NCBI GenBank assembly: GCA_963707025.1
Contig: CAVPOM010000003.1
Coordinates: forward strand, 291,750 to 355,749
Reading direction: 5' to 3'
DNA length: 64,000 nt
Source: an uncultured Verrucomicrobiae bacterium
GTDB lineage: Bacteria > Verrucomicrobiota > Verrucomicrobiia > Limisphaerales > Palsa-1400
Part shown: positions 30,375 to 39,762 of the stretch, one piece after another
How the letters are laid out: every line of letters starts with the position of its first letter
Numbering within the stretch: the stretch's first letter is position 1
Notes under the pieces: generated by a model
What the model was told of the DNA's origin: nothing
The model's database searches: none
The model's input: only the letters and a program-made list of their open reading frames with translations
Translations under genes and position numbers: made by a program

Positions 30375-33300
30375 TCATAAGGTGGAAACCAACTCGCGGG
30401 CTTTTTGCAAGGCGTCGGGGAGTTTGCCCACCTCTTTGCCGCCGCCGCGGGCGTTGTCCGCCTTGCCGCCGCCTTTGCCGCCGACCAGCGGGGCGATGGC
30501 CTGGATGATCTTGCCCGCCTGGAATTTGGCGGTGGCGTCTGGAGAGACTGTGGCCACCAGGGAGACGGCCCCGTTGGACGAACCACCCAGAACGACCACG
30601 CCTTTGAACTGGCTCTTCAAGGCATCGGCCACGGCTTGGAGGAAATCGCCATCCACGGCGCCGAGGTTTTCGATGATGGCCTGGGTGGTCTGCGTGGACA
30701 TGGTGGACATCGTGGACTTGAGGAGGGCGTGTGCGGTTTCAGCGGCTTGCTTTTGCTGGGAGGCTTTGCGTTGTTTTTCCAGGTCTTTTTGCTGGGTCAG
30801 GAGAGAATCGAGTTTTCTCTCCAGTTCGGCGACGGGGGAGTTGACTTTGCCGGCCAGGGTGGAAATGAGGGTGGTTTCCTCGCGCGCTTTTTCGTAGGCG
30901 CGCAGTCCAGCCACGGCTTCGATGCGGCGAATGCCCGCGGCGACGGCGCTTTCGCTCACGATGCGGAACAAGCCGAGCTCGCCGGTGGCGCGGGTGTGGG
31001 TGCCGCCGCAAAGCTCCATGGAATAACCGTCCAATCCACCGGCGCGGCCGCCGATTTGCACGACGCGAACCAGGTCGCCGTATTTCTCGCCGAAGAATTG
31101 CATGACCTCCTTGCGGCCCTTGATTTGAGCGTAGGGAATTTCGGTCCAGGTGACGCCGGCGTTTTCGAGGATGCGCTCGTTGACCAGCTTTTCCACGTCG
31201 GCGACTTGGGAGGGAGCGAGCGCGGCGCTGCTGAAGTCGAAGGTCAGCTTGTCCGGGCCGACGTAGGAGCCTTTTTGGGTGGCGTCATGGCTGACAACTT
31301 CGTGCAAGGCCCAATGGAGCAAATGGGCGACGGTGTGATGGCGCTGGATGGCGGCGCGGCGCGGGACGTTGACGCGAAGCTCGACCTTTGCGCCCGGCTC
31401 CGGCGCGTCTTTGCCGGCCAGGAAATGGAGGAAGGTGTTGCCGGTTTTCTGAGTATTGACAATCTGCCAGATTTTTCCGCCGGCCTGAATTTCGCCGGTG
31501 TCGCCGACTTGGCCGCCCATTTCGGCATAGAGGGGAGAGGTGCCGAGGGTGACGGCTGTCTTGTCTTTGATGTTGACAGCGGCGAGGACGGTGGAGGAGG
31601 CGGTCAGGCGGTCGAATCCGACGAAATCGGTCGGATGGGACGTATCGAGGTTGGAAGCGGCGATGATTTCTTTTTTTTGGGCGGCGCGGGCGCGGGCGCG
31701 CTGCTCCTCCATCAGCCTTTCGAAATCGAGAGTGTCAACGGCCAGCCCGCGCTCGCGAGCCATAAGCTCTGTGAGGTCCAGAGGGAAACCATAAGTATCA
31801 TAAAGAGTGAATGCCCAATCCCCTGCAAAGAGCGGTTGCTTTTCTTCCATCACTTTCGCAGAACCTTTCGCGATTTTTACATACTCATCAAAGAACTTTA
31901 GGCCGCGATCAAGCGTCTTATTAAACGCCTCTTCTTCGGCCTTGATCACTTCTTGGACATGGGCTTGTTTCTTGCGGAGTTCTGGAAAGACATCCCCCAT
32001 GGTTTCGACGAGGACTTCCACCAGTTTGTAGAAGAATGGTTCGTGGAAACCGAGGGTGCGGCCGTAGCGGACGGCGCGGCGCAGGATGCGGCGCAGGACG
32101 TAGTTGCGGTCGGTGTTGGCGGGGAGAATGCCGTCGGCAATGGAAAAACTCAGGGTGCGGATGTGATCGGCGATGACGCGAAAGGCGATGTCTATTTTTT
32201 CCTGTTCGGATTGCAGGGGAGCGCACGCGCCCTCGCGTGCAGGGGTTGACGCCTCGTCAACCGCATCTTGAGTGTTCGGAGATGCCATCAGCGAGGGCGC
32301 TGATGGCGACACGCGAGGGCGCGTGTGCTCCCCGGAGGTGTCGGTCCACAGCCACGGGTAATCCCCGGTCACCTGCGCGACGCCTGCCTGCCAGGGATTC
32401 TGACAGATGTAATGGAACTTTTCTTCCATGTCGGACGCTCCGCGAATCATCCGGTCCAATGATTCTTGCGCCCAAACGTGTCCTGTCTGGCCGGAAATCT
32501 GGTTAATGTTATGGGCGCTGGCGGACTTGATGCCTTGCAGTATTTCGCGCAGCGGCCAGAAAACCGGCTGGCCTTCCTTGTCCTGTTCCTTGATTTGTGG
32601 CTCGAACAGCAGGTGAACATGGTCGGGCATGACACACGCGGCGTAGAGTTGATACTGCCGCTGTTCGTTGGCGTAAAGAATGCACTTGAGCACAATGTCG
32701 CGCTCGGGGGCGGCAAGTTGGCGGCGCTGGTGCGTGGAAAAAGTGACCATGTATTTGGCCCATGGTCGCTCGAAATGAGGAAGGTTGCGGCGGGAATACT
32801 CGGCCTCGATAACGCCGGACGGTCCAGGAGCCGACCGAGGGGGCGCGGTCGGCAACACGCGAGGGCGCGTGTGCTCCCCGGGCAGGGTGCTGGCGTATTT
32901 TTTGCCGCTGAGGTTTTCCAGACGGTCGAAGATGGGGCGGAAGATGTCGGTTTCGTAGTTGGAGATGACGCGGCTGAAATCGGTGAAATTCCTGGTGTTC
33001 TGCAGGATGCCCGTCACACGCTCGAAACCCATGCCGGTGTCCACATGCTGGGCGGGCAAGGGGGAAAAGGTTCCGTCGGGATTGGCGTTGAATTGGATGA
33101 AGACCAGGTTCCATATTTCAATGCAACGGGCGTCGCCTTTGTTAACCAAACTGCCTTTGGTGTCGCCGGCAGGTGTCAGGTCAACGTGGATTTCGCTGCA
33201 TGGGCCGCAGGGGCCGGTTTCGCCCATCATCCAGAAGTTGTCCTTTTTGCCGCCGTGGACGACGTGGACTTTGGGGTCCAGGCCGGCGGCGGAGAATTTG

Positions 33301-33782
33301 GCGGTCCAAAAATCATAAGCTTCCTGATCCAAGTCGCTGGGCTCGCCTTTGGCTTTGTCGGGGCTGTAAACGGTGGCGTAGAGGCGTTTGGCAGGGAAGC
33401 CCCACTTTTCCACGACCAGTTCCCAAGCCCATGCGATGGCCTCTTTCTTGAAGTAATCGCCGAAGCTCCAGTTGCCGAGCATCTCGAAGAAGGTGTGGTG
33501 ATAGGTGTCCAGGCCGACGTCTTCCAGGTCATTGTGTTTGCCGCCGGCGCGGATGCACTTCTGGGTGTCGGCGGCGCGGGTGGGCTTGCCGGGGATGGCG
33601 CCGGGCCATTGGTCAACGTCGGGCGCGCGCTGGTTGAGGAAAATGGGGACGAACTGGTTCATGCCCGCGTTGGTGAAGAGCAGGCCGGGGGAATCGGGCA
33701 TCAGGCTGGCGGAAGGCACAATGGTGTGCCCTTTGGATTTGAAAAAATCCAGGAAGGATCGTCGAATTTCAGCGGAAGTCAT
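30375..33782 (-). CDS. alaS: Alanine--tRNA ligase (1135 aa) with an in-frame RAYT insertion
   Basis: LFTNAGMNQF, HHTFFEMLGNWSFGDYFK, VDTGMGFER, RVIADHIR, HHTVAHLLH/CGGTH editing site, C-Ala GGKGGG. Confidence 0.98.
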   Translation of the reverse strand: MTSAEIRRSFLDFFKSKGHTIVPSASLMPDSPGLLFTNAGMNQFVPIFLNQRAPDVDQWPGAIPGKPTRAADTQKCIRAGGKHNDLEDVGLDTYHHTFFEMLGNWSFGDYFKKEAIAWAWELVVEKWGFPAKRLYATVYSPDKAKGEPSDLDQEAYDFWTAKFSAAGLDPKVHVVHGGKKDNFWMMGETGPCGPCSEIHVDLTPAGDTKGSLVNKGDARCIEIWNLVFIQFNANPDGTFSPLPAQHVDTGMGFERVTGILQNTRNFTDFSRVISNYETDIFRPIFDRLENLSGKKYASTLPGEHTRPRVLPTAPPRSAPGPSGVIEAEYSRRNLPHFERPWAKYMVTFSTHQRRQLAAPERDIVLKCILYANEQRQYQLYAACVMPDHVHLLFEPQIKEQDKEGQPVFWPLREILQGIKSASAHNINQISGQTGHVWAQESLDRMIRGASDMEEKFHYICQNPWQAGVAQVTGDYPWLWTDTSGEHTRPRVSPSAPSLMASPNTQDAVDEASTPAREGACAPLQSEQEKIDIAFRVIADHIRTLSFSIADGILPANTDRNYVLRRILRRAVRYGRTLGFHEPFFYKLVEVLVETMGDVFPELRKKQAHVQEVIKAEEEAFNKTLDRGLKFFDEYVKIAKGSAKVMEEKQPLFAGDWAFTLYDTYGFPLDLTELMARERGLAVDTLDFERLMEEQRARARAAQKKEIIAASNLDTSHPTDFVGFDRLTASSTVLAAVNIKDKTAVTLGTSPLYAEMGGQVGDTGEIQAGGKIWQIVNTQKTGNTFLHFLAGKDAPEPGAKVELRVNVPRRAAIQRHHTVAHLLHWALHEVVSHDATQKGSYVGPDKLTFDFSSAALAPSQVADVEKLVNERILENAGVTWTEIPYAQIKGRKEVMQFFGEKYGDLVRVVQIGGRAGGLDGYSMELCGGTHTRATGELGLFRIVSESAVAAGIRRIEAVAGLRAYEKAREETTLISTLAGKVNSPVAELERKLDSLLTQQKDLEKQRKASQQKQAAETAHALLKSTMSTMSTQTTQAIIENLGAVDGDFLQAVADALKSQFKGVVVLGGSSNGAVSLVATVSPDATAKFQAGKIIQAIAPLVGGKGGGKADNARGGGKEVGKLPDALQKARELVSTL
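32216..32880 (-). mobile_element. REP-flanked RAYT (Y1/HUH tyrosine transposase) cassette in frame within alaS
   Basis: RRNLPH, YMVTFST, CVMPDHVHLL (HUH, 32613-32621), VWAQESLDRMIR, YICQNP (Tyr, 32409-32411), DYPW; REP copies at 32855-32880, 32309-32335 and inverted at 32216-32240. Confidence 0.9.
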
Positions 33783-33968
33783 CCGAGCCAGTTTAAAGTC
33801 AGGGGTCTGAAGTGCAAAGCTCTTTTGGCGGAAAAGCGTTGTCCTCCGGCAGGCCGGGCCGGCCTGGCAAAGGATCTTCATCTTCCCTTAAGGTTGACCA
33901 TGTTAGATTGCGGAATGATAAAAAGCAGTTTCGTTTAAACGTTGGTTCAAATAAAAAAAGTCATCATT

Positions 33969-34760
33969 ATGAATACGCCATGGATCACATCTCGCGCGGC
34001 GGCCGGTGCTTCGCGCCGCCGTTTTCTCCAACAATTCGGTCTGGGCGCGGCCCTGTTCACAGTGCGCGGCGCCTTTGCCGAGGAACTGGCGCGCCCCACG
34101 GCTTGGGTGGAAGAAGGCCCGTTCTATCCGCCCAAACTGCCGCTGGACACGGACAACGACCTGATCATCGTCAACGACTCGATTACGCCGGCGATCGGTG
34201 AGATCACCCACCTGAGCGGGCGGTTGCTGGACGGCAAAGGCGATGCGGTGCGCAACGCCACCATCGAAATCTGGGAAGTGGACCACACCGGGGTTTACCT
34301 GGCAGACCGGCCAAATCGAAACAAGTTTGACGCCAATTTCCAGGGGTTTGGCCGGTTTCTCACCAGTTCGACCGGCGAGTATTATTTTCGCACCCTCAAG
34401 CCGGTGCGTTACACCGGACGCCAGGCGCCGCATATTCATTTCAAGGTCAAGATGAAGGGTCGCCAGGCCTGGACCACCCAACTTTTTATCAAAGGCTTTC
34501 CGGGCAATGCCGGGGACGGCGTTTATCAAGGCATTGGGGATGCCCAGGCGCAGGAGACGGTGACGGTGGATTTCGCCCCGCTGAAAGGGTCGGAGATTGG
34601 GGAACTGTCGGCCAAATTCGACATCGTGCTCGGGCGAACGCCGCGGGAGGATGAAAATGGCAATTTGCGGGGTGGCCGCCGTGGCCGGGGCGGCCCGGGC
34701 CAGGGAGGCGGACCGGCCGGTGGCCGCCGATTCGGCCCACCGCCGGGCGAGGGTGGCTAA
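33969..34760 (+). CDS. Tat-exported intradiol ring-cleavage dioxygenase family protein
   Basis: SRRRFLQ Tat motif, EGPFY, IEIWE, RY.GR..PHIHF. Confidence 0.88.
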   Translation: MNTPWITSRAAAGASRRRFLQQFGLGAALFTVRGAFAEELARPTAWVEEGPFYPPKLPLDTDNDLIIVNDSITPAIGEITHLSGRLLDGKGDAVRNATIEIWEVDHTGVYLADRPNRNKFDANFQGFGRFLTSSTGEYYFRTLKPVRYTGRQAPHIHFKVKMKGRQAWTTQLFIKGFPGNAGDGVYQGIGDAQAQETVTVDFAPLKGSEIGELSAKFDIVLGRTPREDENGNLRGGRRGRGGPGQGGGPAGGRRFGPPPGEGG

Positions 34761-34943
34761 CCCTTGGCGCGGCCGGCAGCTATTGGAGGGAGAGGTTGGC
34801 GCGGGGCTGGCCTGTGCTGGAGGGGCTGACGGGCGCCGGGGCGACCAGGAACCCAACGACGCTATAGACCACCAGCGCGCCGCCCAACCAAAACAGCACT
34901 TTGACGGCGCGCGGGAATCTTTTCGTTTTAGGGGCGTCCGTCT

Positions 34944-35564
34944 TCATGGCGGCGGCTTGCGCATAAAACGATGAACCAGGAAATAATAAAGAGAGGAGAG
35001 GACGATAATCAAGCCCAATAGCCAGTAAAGGGCATGATGCACATTTCCTTGTATGTCGTTGCCAGCGGCGACGCCGGCCCAGGCGAGGACAGAGCACCAA
35101 AGGGCGGAGCCAAGCAGAGTAAACAGGGAGTAAAGGCGGAAATCCATTTCCACAATGCCCATGGGAATGCCGATGAGATGGCGGACGACCGGGAGGAGGC
35201 GGGCGACAAAGACGCCAAAAGCGCCAAAGCGCGCGGCCCAATGCTCGGCGGCGTGGATCTTGGCCTCGGTGATGCGGACATACCGCCCGTAATGCAGGAC
35301 CAGCGGCCGGCCAGCCCAGCGACAGGCCCAATACATGACCGTCGCCCCCACCCAGGAACCGAGAGTGCCGGCGACCACCACGCCGGTCAGGCTCAGATTC
35401 CCGCCGGCGTGGGCGCGGTAGGCGGCGAAGGGAATGATCGCTTCGCTGGGGATGGGCAAAATGGTGCTCTCCCCCGCCATGAGAGCCGCAATGAGCGGAT
35501 AGCCGCCGCCGGAATCCAAGGTGGCTTTATACCAATCAATCAGCTTGGCGATTTCAGCAGTCAC
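34944..35564 (-). CDS. DedA family protein
   Basis: ESTILPIPSEAIIP, ARLLPVVRHLIGIP; GTG start inferred. Confidence 0.92.
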   Translation of the reverse strand: MTAEIAKLIDWYKATLDSGGGYPLIAALMAGESTILPIPSEAIIPFAAYRAHAGGNLSLTGVVVAGTLGSWVGATVMYWACRWAGRPLVLHYGRYVRITEAKIHAAEHWAARFGAFGVFVARLLPVVRHLIGIPMGIVEMDFRLYSLFTLLGSALWCSVLAWAGVAAGNDIQGNVHHALYWLLGLIIVLSSLYYFLVHRFMRKPPP

Positions 35565-35623
35565 AGGATAGCTGCGGGCGGCGAGACACGGCCCGCCGCG
35601 CGCGGGGGCGGGTGCGCTCCCCG

Positions 35624-36931
<1,308 letters not shown>

Positions 36932-37014
36932 TTAAGGTTCAGTACCACCAGCGAACAAGGCTGCACAGGGTGAGGGGGAAATGCAAAATGAAAAACGCAA
37001 AATGACCGGCCGGG

Positions 37015-37914
37015 TCAGGGGACGATGACGCGCAGGGCTTGAGGCTCGACGGTGAGGGTGGCGGGAAGTTCGCCGACGTTTTCGCCGTCCAGTTGCAGCA
37101 GGACGCGGGCGGGGCTGGTGAGGGTGAGGGCGGGGGCGGCGAGGAGGCGGGCGCGGCAGAATTGGTGCATTCGCCCCACCAACAGGCCGGCCAGCGCCGC
37201 GGCCAGGATGGGGAAGCTGGTTTTTGGAAGGACACAAATATCGAGCAGGCCGTCGTCCAGGCGGGCGCGGGGAAAGACGGCCAGGGGGCCGCCGTAAAAG
37301 CGCCCGTTGCCGACGGCGACCCATTCGCCGGCCAGAGGCGGGCCGGCCTGGACGGTGACGAGGGGGCGGTTTTCGGAGAGGGCCTGGAGAGCGGCGAGGA
37401 GATAGGCGAGCGGGCCAATTTTCTTTTTGACACTCCAGCCGGTCAGCTCGATGGCGCGGGAATCAAGCCCAGCGCCGGCCAGTTGCATGAAATAACGGCG
37501 CTGGGGCAGGCCGGCGAGGGTGAATTCGGCGCGGCCCAAATCAATGGTCCTTTCCCGGGCCCGGACCAGCACTTGCCAGGCGCGGCGGGTGTGGAGGGGC
37601 AGACGGAGTTCGCGGGCGAAGACGTTGATGGTGCCCAAGGGCAGAATGCCGAGGCGGACGGCGCGGAGGCCGCCGGGAACGTCGGCGATGCCGTTGAGCA
37701 CCTCGTTGGCGGTGCCGTCGCCGCCGGCGGCGATGATGATTTGGAAACCGTCGCGGACGGCCTGGGCGGCCAGGCGGCGGGCGTCACCGGGGGCGGAGGT
37801 GGCCAGGAAGACACATTGGCCGTGAGGGAGGTCGGGATGGGAGCGAAAGCGGCGGGCTTTGCCGCCGCGGGCCGAGGGGTTGAAAATCAGGCAGGGCGTG
37901 GAGGCCGGGTTCAA
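37015..37914 (-). CDS. Diacylglycerol/lipid kinase family protein (YegS-like)
   Basis: FNPSA, GGDGTANEV, PLGTINVFA, QLDGE. Confidence 0.92.
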   Translation of the reverse strand: MNPASTPCLIFNPSARGGKARRFRSHPDLPHGQCVFLATSAPGDARRLAAQAVRDGFQIIIAAGGDGTANEVLNGIADVPGGLRAVRLGILPLGTINVFARELRLPLHTRRAWQVLVRARERTIDLGRAEFTLAGLPQRRYFMQLAGAGLDSRAIELTGWSVKKKIGPLAYLLAALQALSENRPLVTVQAGPPLAGEWVAVGNGRFYGGPLAVFPRARLDDGLLDICVLPKTSFPILAAALAGLLVGRMHQFCRARLLAAPALTLTSPARVLLQLDGENVGELPATLTVEPQALRVIVP

Positions 37915-37929
37915 AGGTGTTTTGAACGT

Positions 37930-38991
37930 TCAGAAAGCGGTGGCGGCGGCGCCGAGAGCCACGGCCAACTGGCCGGAGACCTGTTCGAGTTCGGCCATTT
38001 GCTGCGGGGCCAGACCCACCTGGACTGCGGCGGTGGGAACCCAGGGCTGGCAGACCACGCCCAGTTCGGCCTGCAAAAGCTGGAGGATAAACTCCGAGCG
38101 GGCCGCGCCCCCCGAAATGAGAGCCTTGGCCACTGTCTTCTCGCACTGGTGCTCGAAGAAATCCATGGAAGCGCGCAGTTCGCGGCCCAATGGAGAAATC
38201 AACGGCTGGAGATGGGCTTCGACCTCCTTGGGCATGCCGATCTTGATCCCTTCGGCTTCGGCGTAGCTGATGCTCATGGCCTCGGACAGGCCGGCGGTCA
38301 GCTTGTCGCCGCCGATTTCGACGGTGCGGTTCAGGCACAGATCGCCGCAGTTGAGGATGCTGATGGTGGAGGTGCGGAAGCCCAAATCCACCAGGGCGAC
38401 GACTTCCTTGGCAAAAGTTTCCGGCTCGGCCAGTTCCAGGGCGTTGATCGGCCCCAGAACCGCCAGCGTGATTTGGTCGGCGACCAGGCCGGCGCCCTTG
38501 ACCGCCCCTTCCAGGTTGGCCAGCCATTCGCGGCGCGCGCCTCCGACCCAGACTTTGTACTTGGAGGCGGCCCGGCCCAGTTCCGCCCCGGCTTTGGAGG
38601 AAGGCGGAACAATGTAGCAATCGAAGACGTAATCGCGCAGGTCTTGTTGCAAATAACTTTTGGCGTTGAATTTGAGCATCTGGCGCATGTCGCTCAGGGG
38701 CAGCAGCGGCATTTCCGTGCTGCGCAATACCGAGTCTTCCGAGCCGACGGCCAGGGTCACTTGCCGGGTCTTTGGGCTCATCCGTTCCACCATGCTGCGG
38801 AGGTGCTCGGTCAGGAGCCCCTGCGGGATGCCCTTTTCGTAGATGGGCGCGTCGGTGATGGCATAGCGGGAAAGGGTGAAGGAATCCTGCTTGCGATCCA
38901 ACAACACCGCCTTGGTGGCGCGGCTGCCCAAGTCAATGGCGAGAATCTGGTGGCGCTTTTTGCCTTTGTTCAGCATGGGTGGTAAGGTCAT
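37930..38991 (-). CDS. pilM: Type IV pilus assembly protein PilM-like
   Basis: AIDLGS, LVDLG, IGGDKLT, ISGGAA (actin-like), LAVALGAA. Confidence 0.85.
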   Translation of the reverse strand: MTLPPMLNKGKKRHQILAIDLGSRATKAVLLDRKQDSFTLSRYAITDAPIYEKGIPQGLLTEHLRSMVERMSPKTRQVTLAVGSEDSVLRSTEMPLLPLSDMRQMLKFNAKSYLQQDLRDYVFDCYIVPPSSKAGAELGRAASKYKVWVGGARREWLANLEGAVKGAGLVADQITLAVLGPINALELAEPETFAKEVVALVDLGFRTSTISILNCGDLCLNRTVEIGGDKLTAGLSEAMSISYAEAEGIKIGMPKEVEAHLQPLISPLGRELRASMDFFEHQCEKTVAKALISGGAARSEFILQLLQAELGVVCQPWVPTAAVQVGLAPQQMAELEQVSGQLAVALGAAATAF

Positions 38992-39179
38992 GGGGTGTAT
39001 TTAACACCACTCAACAGCAAAGGCAAGCCTGTCGTGGCCAGGGGGCAGACGCCTCTGCATTGAGTGGGGTTGGTGCGGGTGCGGGGGCGCGTGCGCTCCC
39101 CGGCGGCGGACGATCCGCGCCGGCAGGCCGGGCAGCATGAAATTCAATGGAGGCATGGTGCTTTGGCGGGGTGGCCGCG

Positions 39180-39749
39180 TCACCGCGGCAGTTTCCCCGG
39201 CTCCTTTATGATCTCCACGCGAAAGGAGGACAAGAAAAGATTGAAGACCACACGGCCTTTATCGAAGTCCTGGTCTTTGGCGGAAAACATGAATTCGACC
39301 ATGCCTTCCGGGCAGGCGACAAAGGCGTGCCGCGTCCGGATGTTGCGGGTCGGGTCCAGGCTGCGGGCGGTGTCCACAAAGCGGGCGGGGTGATAGCCGG
39401 TGGCGCAACCGGACACCTGGAGGACGGTGGCGCCGGGATCGGCGGCCAGCGCGCTGTCGCGCAGGTTGTTGTCCTCCGGCATGGCGCCGGGGGAATTGGT
39501 GGTGACCCGCATGGCAATGGCGATGCTGCCCGTGTCCTCCTTGAAGAGGACCGATTGGGTATCGTTGGCCACGGTGGCGGAGTAGCTGCGGGGCAGCCGG
39601 GTGGTCAAATGCTCATGGCCGGCCTCCACCACCAGCGTGTGAGCCGTGCCTCCTTCGATCATATCCTCGTAACTGTCAAAGGCGCGAAAAGGGATCTGGC
39701 CGGAGGCGGCCAGGGAGCCGGAAAGGAAAATCAAACAGACCAGTTTCAT
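39180..39749 (-). CDS. Hypothetical exported protein
   Basis: Signal-peptide-like N-terminus; follows the pilin cluster. Confidence 0.7.
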   Translation of the reverse strand: MKLVCLIFLSGSLAASGQIPFRAFDSYEDMIEGGTAHTLVVEAGHEHLTTRLPRSYSATVANDTQSVLFKEDTGSIAIAMRVTTNSPGAMPEDNNLRDSALAADPGATVLQVSGCATGYHPARFVDTARSLDPTRNIRTRHAFVACPEGMVEFMFSAKDQDFDKGRVVFNLFLSSFRVEIIKEPGKLPR

Positions 39750-39762
39750 CTGGGGCGCGGGT

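Noticed and set aside
32216..32880. alaS insert as an intein or self-splicing intron
   Set aside because: No N-terminal Cys/Ser block or His-Asn followed by Cys/Ser/Thr at the junctions, no recognisable group I/II core, and the frame is continuous
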